A stretch of 63,863 bases of DNA, filler included, from Neoconidiobolus thromboides FSU 785 (Eukaryota > Fungi > Entomophthoromycota), in assembly GCA_025603075.1 (NCBI GenBank). It is 4 parts of 4 records of this genome, joined end to end, with 100 filler letters (N's around TTAATTAATTAA, not from the genome) between each part and the next. Parts side by side here need not be neighbours in the genome. Positions count along the whole stretch, not along the records: positions 1 to 21,638 come from MU626540.1; 3 more parts are not named here. The stretch is one strand, 5' to 3'. Each line of letters begins with the position of its first letter. Within the stretch, counting starts at the first letter, position 1. Shown here one piece after another: positions 1 to 11,849 of this stretch. Both the position numbers and the translations under genes were made by a program. The notes beneath the pieces were generated by a model. It did no database searches. It had not been told where the DNA came from and saw only the letters and a list, made by a program, of their open reading frames with translations.

Positions 1-4
1 ATAT

Positions 5-102
5 GGGGATGTTTTTTTTGGCTTCATTATTTTTTCCATCTTTAAGCGTTATTTGGGTAGAAGAATTGTTAGTAAAATTCTCAAATACAAAAATACATCC
101 CC
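5..102 (+). mobile_element. MITE family 1 (GGGGATG...CATCCCC), full copy
   Basis: TIRs ggggatgt/acatcccc flanked by ATAT (1-4, 103-106); core ttcattattttttccat..aagcg.tatttg..tagtaaaattc. Confidence 0.9.
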
Positions 103-106
103 ATAT

Positions 107-196
107 GTTTTTTTGTTCAAAAATTTTACCAACAATCTTTCCACCCAAATGATGCTTAAAAAAATGGAAAAAGTAATGAAATAAAAAAACATCCTT
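107..196 (-). mobile_element. MITE family 1, inverted partner of the 5-102 copy (one terminus eroded)
   Basis: Reverse-complement core starts directly after the shared ATAT; ends aaaacatcctt. Confidence 0.8.
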
Positions 197-613
197 ATAC
201 CTATATTATCAGCTTTATATTTAAATAATTAATATAAAAACCAAATAAAAGCTTTTGTTTTATAGCTTATCAAATATGTGTTATTTGTTCAAGTAATTTC
301 TTATATAAAGAGTTCTCAATTTAAATCTTTACAATAGATAAAAAAACTAATAGTAAATAAAGTCAAAAAACTTATTTTTATTACCAAAAAAAGATAAAAA
401 TAAGTAGGAATTCAATATAAATGTACGCTTATTATAATAAAATTTAAACTAAAATACCACTCATCAATTTTATTTATAATATACTGTTAAAAACTTTAAT
501 ATAATTAAATTAAACCAATATATACAACTTCAAAAATAACTATTTATATTTTAAAAATTAAATAGAGCCTTAGTATAATAATACAATACGGTAGAAAAGG
601 CCTTGAAGTATAT

Positions 614-709
614 GGGGGTGTATTTTTGTATTTAAGAATTTTACCAAAAATCTTTCCACTCAGATAGCGCTTAAAAATGGAAAAAATAATGAAACTAAAA
701 AACATCCCC
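614..709 (-). mobile_element. MITE family 1
   Basis: atat-gggggtgta...aacatcccc-atat. Confidence 0.9.
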
Positions 710-1065
710 ATATATTGATATTGTTTTTTATTAAAATATTTAAAGAAGTTTTTTTAATAATTAACTAGAAAATTGACTAAAACTCTGGAAAATTATTTTT
801 TTCAAACATATAGTTAAAAACCAATAACATTGTCTTTTATAAAGATATTAATATAAGATTTAAAAACATTAGTCTATAAGTTGTTTCTAACTATAGTTAT
901 AAATCTTATTACTTTTTTTGCTTCCTTTGAAATATTATAATTAAAAAATGCTTATATAAAATGTCAACACTTTGTAAATTGTTATTTCATATGCTATAAA
1001 AAAATTGTTTTGTCTAATATAAGTAAAAATATGCTAGAATTTTAAATAGCAATTAAATTTTTTTT

Positions 1066-1440
1066 TGGAAATGTTAGAATTAGTTTCATCTTCTCGTCCA
1101 ATTTTTAAATACTTTATGTTTCAAAAACTTTGCTTAAAATTCTGAAAATAAATTTTATTAAAAAGCAAAAATATCTAACACAGTTCCAAATTATTTTGTC
1201 ATAACTTATATCATAAGTTAACAGAATTTTTATTAAATTTAATAGAAATTACCAGATTAGCGAGGATTTTAGTAATATAACCTATATTTCAATATTAATC
1301 AAAGTTGTAGTATGCAAATAAATACATCTTATAAAACTTCATTGAGAAATATTTATTATTGACTGCTTTATAGCCAACATTTCAGGTTCTCTATTAAATA
1401 AATAATTTTAATGCTATAACTGCACTATTAAAATATCCCT
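1066..1440 (+). repeat. Dispersed repeat family 2 (~370 bp), degenerate copy
   Basis: Collinear similarity with 56856-57206 (e.g. tttattattgactgctttata, gtagtatg.aaataaatacat); right end aatatccct resembles the MITE TIR; boundaries approximate. Confidence 0.6.
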
Positions 1441-2143
1441 AAGTTAATAAATAGCTGTATGGGAGAGAGCGGTTACGTCCAAGACTGTAATTAATTATTT
1501 CTATGTAATACAAGCAATATGGTAATAGTTTTTACTTACCATTACAACTACTTGCTCTTTAACTATTGATTAACTTAGTTATTAATTATTTAAGTAATAC
1601 TAACATTTCACGATTGATTTTTATCATTCAATGAACTACTTACTTGCTTATTGAATGCTGAAACTTAAATTCTCTGTTATTTTCATACGATAAGCTGGGG
1701 TTGATCTTTTAATTTTTGTATTTCCTATAGACTTTATAACTTTAATTATAATTATGTCTTTTTTCTAATCTATTAGATATTGGATAGCGATGTAGTTTAT
1801 TATTGCTTTCAATAAAATGTAAACACTTTTTGATATCGTGCTTTTTTCATACTCTTAAAAATTACATTTGTTTTTCTACTATTAACAGTTGAGTTATTAA
1901 TTTTAAAATTTAAAATTAGCTAATATTTTTATTCTACTTAGTGCTTCAGAACTATTTTTCCATTATGAAAGATTCCTAAAATACTTATCAGCTATACTTT
2001 TTCTATAATCCTTGGGAAAAAAATTAAGCTCAATATTTGAACTACTATTTATTTTATAAATTTTTTTAGATATGCAATGTAAAAACTCTTAAAATTTAAA
2101 ACAGTTTTCTGTATCTGTCTATACATTAATTTTCATAAACTTT

Positions 2144-2605
2144 TGTGAAATATCGCTTTGTCAGCTCTATAATTGATTATAATATAATAATCACTTAAGT
2201 TGTGTTCTTGAGTTCGGAGACAATCAATCCCAAACTCTTATTTTGATTTGCTATCCATGAGGATTTCTGCTATATGATTCTGAAGGACATTATCCTCTAG
2301 TTTTGATATTCATGCTTGTTCGAGTATAAAAGAGATCCTTCAAAATAATAACCCCAGACTTTTTAATTGAACTGTTCCTTGCTATCGTACCTTTAATAAA
2401 GCCACCAAATCTTTCTGATAGTATTTTGGATAGATTTTACTGTAGCATTGTCTATTCTATTTGTCTTATATAGTCTGTACATATTATGTACTATTCTCTA
2501 TAATCCAAGTCCACCTTAGTTGCATAAATTAAGACCTTTAACTTACGGCTAGTCAACCAAGCAAAAGCTACTTTTGGCCCCAACCACTGAGTACCAGATT
2601 TCACA
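2144..2605 (-). mobile_element. Solo-LTR-like element (TGTGAAAT...ATTTCACA, 462 bp)
   Basis: TG..CA termini with 8-bp inverted repeat; 4-bp TSD CTTT (2140-2143, 2606-2609); reverse-complement homologue of 21285-21857 and 62548-63011. Confidence 0.75.
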
Positions 2606-2909
2606 CTTTCCTACTTAAAAATGGAAAAAATGATAAAACTAAAAAAATACCCCTAATAATAAAATGATCAATTTATAAAATTTTAAATAAAAATTCTATG
2701 TAATTAAATTAAATAAAATTATCAAATATAAAAGGGCAAAATAGCCAATTCAATTGCAGTATCTAAAATATAATAACTATAAATAAATTGAGATTATTAA
2801 TAGTGAAATCTAACACAATATTGGGTTTTTTATACTATTTAGCTTTTTGCAAGATTTAAAAGTTAAATATTTTTACTAAAATAATCACACAACAAATATA
2901 ATAACAGCT

Positions 2910-2982
2910 GCTCCGTTAGCTCAGTTGGCAGAGCGTGGTGCTAATAACGCTAAGGTCATAGGTTCAAGCCCTATACGGAGCA
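2910..2982 (+). tRNA. tRNA-Ile(AAT): tRNA-Ile, anticodon AAT (IAU after editing)
   Basis: Cloverleaf GCTCCGT/ACGGAGC acceptor, GCTC/GAGC D-stem, TGGTG-CTAATAA-CGCTA anticodon arm, ATAGG-TTCAAGC-CCTAT T-arm; no encoded CCA; T5 Pol III terminator 2983-2987. Confidence 0.97.
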
Positions 2983-3309
2983 TTTTTCCAATTTAACTTT
3001 TAAGTATTTTACTATAATTCTTACATATGTAAAATAATAATATATTGGTATCAAAATATAATATGTTTCTAGCAAAGTTTTTTTATTACATTATTTATTT
3101 TAATAACATTGTTTTATAAATAGTTAAATTCCTAAATCAAGAATTAATTTCGGTTTCAGAATACTGCTCTATAAGTAGAATTAAATTGTAGAAATTTATG
3201 ACACCGCAATCAATAAGAATGTTAACAATTAAAAAATTAATGCAAAAAATTTATGAACTTGTAAAGATAATATTATAGTAATATATTAAAACAAAAATAA
3301 TAAATCGAA

Positions 3310-5652
3310 CTAGGGGGATGGAGGGAAGTTAACATTATCTGGCTTTAAATTTTCCCTCACTTTACTTATAGCACCGCTTAAAGTGATATGAATATACTTC
3401 GATGAATTTAATAATATAGGTTCCATTTCTTCACCTTCTTCTAATAAAGACATAGCCAATTCATTGTTATTAATATTTGAAAAATAGTTGTTATTCTCAA
3501 TATTGACATCGATATCACCTTCTATTACACTAGCTAAACTTTTAATAGTAAATTTATTGCTATGGTGTTCACTCATATTACAAGTTTTATCTTTCAAGTC
3601 ATGTTTTGGCTCTGGCTTATAGGTTAATGGTGATGGTAATCCAGATATCATTAAACTGCGTAATACTTTCATATGGATAGAAACAAAATGTAATTCAAAT
3701 GTTGGTACTAAGCTTATGTCACTCATCTCAAACATATCTTCTGGATTAGCAGTAGAAAATTGAGAATTTAATTGACTTGGATGAGCACCTGCATATAAAT
3801 AAAGTTGATCCCTCAATTCTTTTAAACCTTGAATACCAGATGCATCAATATAATTCACTGCTCCTAAATCCAATATAACTGCTTTCAAATAAGGTAAATC
3901 ATCTTCATTAGGTACACTAGTATTATTTCTTTTTGCTCTTATTCTTCTTAATGAGGTAGAACGATCATGTAAATCACTTGACCATAGTTTGTCTTTTGAT
4001 AATGTTGGAGGTGCTCCTGACTTAGTATATTCCAAAACATAATCCATAAGCTGATCTTTCAAAAAAGAAATATTTGGAAAAATAACAGACTCTTGAATCC
4101 TAAAAACAATTACCCCAGGTTCTGGATCTTCTGCTTTATATGCTGGATGATATTTATCAACAAATACCCCATCCCTACCTTCAATTTCTCCTAACACATA
4201 AAATTTAGGTCTTGCAATACGTAATAATAAATACAAGAAAGAAATAGCAACAGCACTGCCAATTCCGTATTGTACACCGAGTAAAAAGGTAACAACTGAT
4301 GCAACGATGAAAACGAAGAAATCGATTTTAGAAGTGACATATAATTCTTTGACAGTTGCAAAAGTCGGGATCAAAGATATACCAGCACGCATAATGATGG
4401 CACCTAAAGTAGCAGTTGGGATGTAATAGAATGCAGGTGTTAAAAAGAGTAAAGCAGCTAGTAAAACAATAGCAATAAAGATGCCAACCATTGGAGTTCT
4501 TACACCGGATTTTGATAAAACAGCACCACGAGATAAAGAACCAGCTACTGGAAAACTAGAGAAAAAGGAACCAAGTAAGTTAGCTGCACCTACAGCGAAA
4601 AACTCTTGAGATGTAGATACTTGATAACCAATTTTAGTAGAAAAGTTTTTACATACTGCAGTATGTTCTAGAATTGCTACCAAAAAGATTGCTGGGGAAT
4701 AGGATATAATATTTTGCCATAAATCTATACCCAAAGGAGGTGCTCCTATATATCCAAACCCTTGTGGTACATCTCCTACGATAGTGAGCTCTAAAGTTGG
4801 ATTTGAGGATTTTACACCAAATGATACTAGTGTAAACAATACCACTGCAAGAGCATTTGCCCCAACAACGAGGTAGGACAAAAACGGGTAGCGCTTAATA
4901 CCAAAGGAGACCAGATATGGCATCAAGAATAGAAACGCCAAGGAGAATATACCAAATAGTAAACTAACATATTTTATCTTTGGTATATTCATTACTATAT
5001 CAGCTATAATTTCCCAAGTTGGCTTGCTATTAACTACATTAGGAATTCCTAACATTGAAGGCAGTTGACTTAACATAATAGTAGAAGCAGCACCAGTAGT
5101 AAATCCAACAATAACAGGGTTAGGAATTAAGTCAAGAATTAAACCTAATTTTAATACACCCAATCCCATAGATATGAAAGCAAACATGGTGGCTAATGCC
5201 GAACCTATTTGTGCAGCAGTATATTGATTACCAGGTATCGAGCTTATTGAGTTAACGGCGCTTCCAATTAACAAACTTAGTACAGCATTTGGACCAGCAG
5301 CTATTTCTCTTGAGCCACCAAAAATAGCATAAACTAAGTTACCAATGAAAGAAGAGTATAAGCCGTGCTGTACAGGAATTTGAGCTAATTTAGAATAAGC
5401 TATTGATTGAGGTACCAACATAATGCCTACTGTGAACCCAGAGATAATATCCCCTAACAACCAAATCTTATTATATTTTGGTAACCAGGTTATAATCGGT
5501 ATAAAAGACTTTAAAAAGTTGGGTAAATCGGAGTAAGCTCGATCTAACCATCTATCCATCACCTCAGAAGCCGTCTCTTGCTTATGGTATTTTCTTAAAG
5601 TATAATCGTTGTCTAAAATTTCATTTTGGTTATCCCTATTGCCTTCATTCAT
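3310..5652 (-). CDS. SulP/SLC26 sulfate transporter with C-terminal STAS domain (780 aa, intronless)
   Basis: GDIISGFTVGIMLVPQSIAY, GLYSSF, GGSREIAAGP, GSLSRGAV..KSG motifs; STAS VILDLGAVNYIDASG. Confidence 0.95.
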   Translation of the reverse strand: MNEGNRDNQNEILDNDYTLRKYHKQETASEVMDRWLDRAYSDLPNFLKSFIPIITWLPKYNKIWLLGDIISGFTVGIMLVPQSIAYSKLAQIPVQHGLYSSFIGNLVYAIFGGSREIAAGPNAVLSLLIGSAVNSISSIPGNQYTAAQIGSALATMFAFISMGLGVLKLGLILDLIPNPVIVGFTTGAASTIMLSQLPSMLGIPNVVNSKPTWEIIADIVMNIPKIKYVSLLFGIFSLAFLFLMPYLVSFGIKRYPFLSYLVVGANALAVVLFTLVSFGVKSSNPTLELTIVGDVPQGFGYIGAPPLGIDLWQNIISYSPAIFLVAILEHTAVCKNFSTKIGYQVSTSQEFFAVGAANLLGSFFSSFPVAGSLSRGAVLSKSGVRTPMVGIFIAIVLLAALLFLTPAFYYIPTATLGAIIMRAGISLIPTFATVKELYVTSKIDFFVFIVASVVTFLLGVQYGIGSAVAISFLYLLLRIARPKFYVLGEIEGRDGVFVDKYHPAYKAEDPEPGVIVFRIQESVIFPNISFLKDQLMDYVLEYTKSGAPPTLSKDKLWSSDLHDRSTSLRRIRAKRNNTSVPNEDDLPYLKAVILDLGAVNYIDASGIQGLKELRDQLYLYAGAHPSQLNSQFSTANPEDMFEMSDISLVPTFELHFVSIHMKVLRSLMISGLPSPLTYKPEPKHDLKDKTCNMSEHHSNKFTIKSLASVIEGDIDVNIENNNYFSNINNNELAMSLLEEGEEMEPILLNSSKYIHITLSGAISKVRENLKPDNVNFPPSP

Positions 5653-8380
5653 TTTATTTTACTAATGGTTATAAAATTAACAAAAGAAAGAAGCTGAAAA
5701 TTTGAGTGACAGTTTATTAGTAAGGAACCCAACCACTAATTATATTCACTAATTCATTAGTAAATTATACTCTTTTTATTATGTAATTTTTTGAATTCTA
5801 TTCAATCTTATTTAAATATAGCCTTGATATTTTTCATTTTTTACTTAAAGAATTCATCTTCTCAAATTTTGCATAACTTTATTAGCCTGACTTCAGCTAA
5901 GTTTGGTAGAAAATCAATTTAACCTCTTATCCTTCCTTAATTTAGAATATTCTCGCTCTCATCTCAATAATTTATTTTTTAGTTATAACGTGGGGTAAAC
6001 AACAATTTCTAATTATTTGGCTTGTTCTTACTAAATTACCCTATTTAAATATCCTTACCTTAATATGATTCCTTTACTAACACCTGTGGCCCTTCCTATT
6101 GAATATCTTTACATTTTATTCTTATAATTCTCAATCAAATAAAGGCTTTTAATGTTTCAGTTTTAATGTTTTAATTTTGTAAGACATTAATCTTTTCTTT
6201 TTTAACCAATCCAGCATTAGCCTTTTAAAGTAACATCACACTCTTCTGTGTTATGAAATATGGACTAAACGATGTACATTTTCCGATATATTTCAAACAA
6301 AAGTTAAAATTTTTTTAACATAAAAAATAAATAAATTAACAAATTTGAAACTATACAAGTTTATCGCTTTACTTTCTATAGCGATTTAGTAGCTGAATTT
6401 GTAACTACTTTTCTTTTCATGTTTAAAAACGGTTATGTTTTGTTAAAAAAATTTCTCAGAAAAGATTCTGCTTTGACATAATAAAGATATTAGAAAAAAG
6501 TTGATAAACAAAATACTATAATGTTGGCTTGTTTTCTATATTTCTAAAATACTCTATCTTTTTATTACTTCAAAGCCGATAGAATTTTTTACTTATTTTT
6601 TAAATTAGTTTTAACCTATTTAAAGTAAAGAATTCTTTCTAAGGAATCAACTACATATGAAGATGTTTTTCCTCAGGGAATTTAACTAATAATTTTTTTA
6701 AATTCTAAGTTAGCAAAAGAGTGGGCAAAATTCCGGATGACGGCTAAAGGTATCCAAGAGGAGTCCAAGAATAATTATGAACTAATAAATATCTATTTAA
6801 TTTGCTAAAAAAACAAAACATCATTATTTTATCATAAAACTATCGCAGATCAAATAAACTATAGATCTTATCTTATTTTACTTTTTGGACTAGAAATTGT
6901 ATTTATACAGTATAAACCTTACCCTAGCCTAATCTCAATATTAATTCTAGCATGATGCTGATTCCAGTGCTTAGGCCATTTTTACTATATTTCATTATAA
7001 TTTTAGCAGTCTTTTTAATAAAACAATGATAATTTTAAAAGTGAACAAATAGTTTTTTTAACAAATTTGACCAAACTTTTAAATTTCTTGCTTACTCATA
7101 TATTGCAACCATAATATTCAACCTTCACCTATATATTAGATCTATTTTTATGTGTCCTCTTTTCGTCTTAAACAACGATAAGAATGATGGTAGTTATACT
7201 AAAATTACAGATTTCTAATTGTAAATAATTATTACAAAACTATTTATATCATGTCAAATATTAGCTATATAGGTAACATTCCATAATTAAGGTAATGATC
7301 AGTTTAAAGCTACAATTCTAAAATCAATAACGGACTGCTTTTGGACTATGGTATCATTATAGCTTATAACCTGTTGTTACAATTTTTTACATAATAGCTT
7401 TTAATTTTGGTATAAGAATATCTATATCAAAAATATAAATGGTATATGAATCAAAGCCTTAATTAGTATAGTAAGCTGATTATGACTTGTTTCAGCCTGC
7501 TTTTAATATCAAGTTGTTACTGTTGAATACAAGGTAATTTTTGCATCAAACATTCAAAGTTGATATTAAATGTATTCATCAACTTTAAACAAATTAAGAT
7601 TAATTGGGTTTTAATTAAAATAAAAAATTTGAGCAATAAAAGATGCTATTGAGGTCATACTTTTAAAAGGCCTTGTAAATATTTGACATCGTTAAGCTAT
7701 GATAAAGACTGTAAAGCTCTTCTTAAATAAGCTATTTAAAAAAAATAATTGGTAATTTAACTTGTTCAAAAGGGTTTGAAAATTAAAATATCAAAGGAGT
7801 TAATTAGCTTCAAATTATCCCTAAGAAAAATAATTTAATATTAAAATAAAGCTAATTGAAGAAAAAGTAAAAAAATCAAAAGAAACATCACCACATATTA
7901 GTTTTATTTAAAATTTAGATATTACTTATCACCCAAACAGTGTAAAACTTTGTTTAATTATACAATACTAATTTTTTTTAGTCATAAATAATGATAGACA
8001 TAAATTTTCTAAAATGTATGCGAATGTTTTTTACTTAAGGATTTTATCTACTATTAGAATCAAAATCTAAAAATACTAGCTTAATTCCTAAACAAATAAA
8101 AACATCTGTCATAATTTTAACGGTCATTATATCTTTATAGCATTATACAAGTTAGTTATGCTTTGCTTTTTTTTGCTTTTTACTTTTTTAACTTACAAGA
8201 ATGCTTAACTACAAAATATACTGCAATCCTTAAATAAGGCGGATTTAATTAAGTGGGAAAGTATGATGGCACCTAATATTTCCCCAATCGCTAAAACTCT
8301 ATAGCTGTTAATGATTGGGCAAATATACCCCGTCACCACCTTTGCAACTTTAATATTGTTTGAATTTTAATTATATATAT

Positions 8381-8473
8381 GGGGATGTGTTTTTTTTAAG
8401 AATTTTACTACAATCTTTCCACTCAAATAGCGCTTAAAAAATGGAAAAATGATGAAACTAAAAAAACAGCCCC
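8381..8473 (-). mobile_element. MITE family 1
   Basis: atat-ggggatgtg...aacagcccc-atat. Confidence 0.88.
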
Positions 8474-8848
8474 ATATTATGCTTTCAGCTGTCTTTTTCA
8501 TTAAGCTTTATTTACTAGTATCAAAACTACTTACGTTTAATAAACTGTATTAAAAATATTTTTTGTTAATTTCATTCGAGACTTTTGGTAATAGCTTATT
8601 TAAAATAATAATTATTAACAAATTTAAGTTTTATATTTAAGTTGTGCCATATTAATTTTAAATTAATTTTGTGAAAGAAATAATTGGGTCAACGGAGCAA
8701 CAACAATCCGAGTTTTTAAATTTATAGCCTTATAATTTTCTTTAAAAGACTAATAAAAACAAATTAAAAAATAAGCTATATAATGAAAGTAGCGCTATCC
8801 TTTCAAAGTATAAAAGAAAAAGAAAAAAAAAAGAAAGTAAAAACTAAA

Positions 8849-10421
8849 ATGATTTTATACATATTATTGTTTAGTATACCTTTAACTGTCTATTTTTACT
8901 TTAAACTCCAACCTACTAAAAGTGTATCGCATCTCCCTAGTGTGAGTACACTTTTAATGCTTTACCACATAATAATTGGAACTTCTGGACAGATACGTGA
9001 CGATTTTCTGATGACTTCCTTATTTTCAGAAAATCGGTTCATAACTGTGTTTTTAGGCAGATGGTTTATTTCAGTAAAAGACATTGAAATCATTAAGAAA
9101 ATATTTCTTGATGATGATACCTATATCAAGATTAAACAAAGTGAAATGATGAACGATTTTGGTTTAATAAGAAAAAACATCGCCGAGTTAGATAAAAAAG
9201 AATGGAAGATACATAAGAAGGTAATAAATGGAGCATTTAAAAAAGGATGGGATATAGATATTTTTGTAAACGTTGCGAAGAAAATGAACAACAAAATCCA
9301 AAACAGCTTTGACAAAGAAGTCAAAGTTTTAGAAATTTTTAAAGTAGCTACCTTAGATAGTTTAGGGTTAGCTGTTTTTAATATCGATTTTAATACTGTT
9401 AATAATCAGGATAATGAAATGGCCTACTTATATAATAACCTATTGAATGAAATTTTGAACCCTTTATTCCTTATGCTACCATTTTTAGATTACTTTCCTT
9501 TTCCGTCAAGAAAAAGATTATATAGTGATTCAACTAAATTCCGTAACTATGTAAAAGAATTGATTGAAAGCGAAAGAAAGAAACTGAATTCGTTTGACAA
9601 GGAGGGAAGGCGCTCCAACCTATTGTCCTTAATGATAGAATCCTCTGATAGTGAATCTGAAGGACTTACTGATGAGTTGATTATTGTAATATTTATTGAT
9701 TATTGTTGGTTTTATCTTTAAGTTTTTTATTTTAGAATAATACTATTGTATTTTTTATCGCAGGCCATGATTCAACTGCCCACACATTAACGTCAGCTAT
9801 ATATTATCTAGCAAGATATCCGGTAAGAATAGTTATATACAAATAATTACAGTACTAATTAATAAATAGGGAATCCAAGAAAGGCTAAGAAAAGAGATAA
9901 AAGATATATTAGGAGACAATGATCCATTAAAAGCGCTAAGCTCAAATCAAAATATTTTAAACGAGATGATATATTTGGATGCTGTAATTTATGAAACTTT
10001 AAGATCAATACCTGTGGCGCCTACAATTACTCGTAAGACAAGTCGACCTGTCACCTTAGATAATGGACTAACTCTTAATACTAATCAATCAATAATGTTA
10101 CATGTAGGGCTAGCAATGAAAGACCCGGCTTTATTTAAAAACCCTGAGGAATTCCAGCCCGAACGATTTTTAATAGTTGAAAATGACAAGGTCAAAATAG
10201 ACAAAAAAATGACAAATATGTTACTTACATTTGGGTATGGGTCTAGGATGTGTTTAGGAAATCAATTTTCCATATTAGAACAAAAAATATTTTTGATCTC
10301 TTTATTATTAGAATATAGCATCACCTTACCAAGAAACTCGCCACATGATAACTATCCTAAATTACCACCCTTAGGGTTGTTTAGTCCTAAAAACTTAAAA
10401 GTCACCTTCACTAAGATCTAG
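8849..10421 (+). CDS. Cytochrome P450 (491 aa, 3 exons)
   Basis: Exons 8849-9685, 9736-9822, 9870-10421 splice in frame; N-terminal TM anchor, I-helix FIAGHDST, ETLR (EXXR), PERF, heme FGYGSRMCLG. Confidence 0.95.
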
Positions 10422-10801
10422 CTATAGTAAGTGGGTCATATATCATTTCTTTGTTTAGTTGTTTTTTATAAAATGCTTGAATAAATGATTATAATAAAGT
10501 TTTAGCTTTCAAAAATACAAATGTTATTATAAAATTTAACTTTAAAAGTGAGTCAATATTCGTTCTATAAGTATCATCAAGTGCTACGAAATGATATAGA
10601 TAAAACTTTCTATTTTTGCAATATTCTATTATTATTATCACTTTATATGCTTGATTGTATTAGTATATACTTTTATCATAATAGCATTATTAAATGTCAA
10701 ATTATGAATAATAGCAAATGGCTAGGGGCTTTATTCATGAAACTTAAGCATACAAATACACAGATAATAACACAAATTTGCAAAGTAATACGACATAATA
10801 C

Positions 10802-10898
10802 GGGGGTATTTTTTGGCTTCATTATTTTTTCCATCTTTTAGGCACTATTTGGGCGGAAAATTTATTAATAAAATTCTTAAACGCAAAAAAACATTCCC
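10802..10898 (+). mobile_element. MITE family 1
   Basis: atac-gggggtatt...acattccc-atat. Confidence 0.85.
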
Positions 10899-11615
10899 AT
10901 ATGGATCCAAATCAATTGATAGTTAAAAATCAGCAGCTTTAGTAAAGTTAATGGGGGTAAATACATTCTCGAAAATCAGGCAATTTAAAATTATTAATTT
11001 TCATTGGTTTTTTATTAACACCTTTGTTACTTCAAACTTGTATAATACCGTATGTCCTACTTGGTTTATTGTTTTAAGAGACATTAACTCACAAAAATAA
11101 GATATGAAAATTCAGTGAATAATTTTTAATTTTTAGTTAAATACATTTTTCAATACAATATTTATGTTTTCTAGCCAATGGTTTTTTATAATATAGTGCT
11201 TACTTAGGAAAAAGCATTATTATTAAAATATTTTACCTACGATTCAAATAAATCGCGGCTATAATTTAAAGCTCTTTTAATACACAAAACTATTATCAAT
11301 AAATACTTGACAGATAACTTTGGCCAATATTTTAAAATAGCCTTTTTAAACCTGTTTTTATTTCAAATTGACTATTTTAAGCTATCAATTAATAAATTTG
11401 TGACGTTTTTTCAATCCAAAGCTTAATAGTTTCTTGATGGGATTTATTTTCCTAATAGCCGCTTCTTCCCCAACTAAATTTAAATCAAATGGGAGAATTA
11501 CATTTCAGTCATCAAATCCAATCACTTTTGGCTTCCTATCTTCATGTTTAAAAAACCTTGGATGATCTGGATTTAATTTGTCAGTTTCAATAAGTTGTAT
11601 AACACTTCAATCCTT

Positions 11616-11755
11616 ATTGGGCCAATAAGAACTACTCATAAAACTTAGAACTTTTATTGGATGAATGGGGAAAATAAAAATCTCCTGTTCTGGTTGAATG
11701 GTCAAGTATGATTGGCCATATCCCAATTCCATAAAGCAATAGTTGATTGGATTGG
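11616..11755. promoter_or_regulatory. Cluster of seven CCAAT/ATTGG boxes upstream of beta-tubulin
   Basis: ATTGG at 11616, 11656, 11711, 11746, 11751; CCAAT at 11622, 11723; function inferred. Confidence 0.45.
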
Positions 11756-11849
11756 TTGGTTTTAATACATCACCCTTAATAAAACAAATAAATTGAGAAT
11801 TTTACACAATACCTACCTCCTTTAATAAGTTTAATACTAATATTATAAA

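Noticed and set aside
2144-2982. tRNA-targeted integration of the LTR (304 bp upstream of tRNA-Ile)
   Set aside because: The other two copies have no visible tRNA gene nearby; a single case is insufficient.
8783-8848. ORF-track N-terminal extension of the P450
   Set aside because: Lys-rich poly-A leader; ATG 8849 directly precedes the TM anchor.
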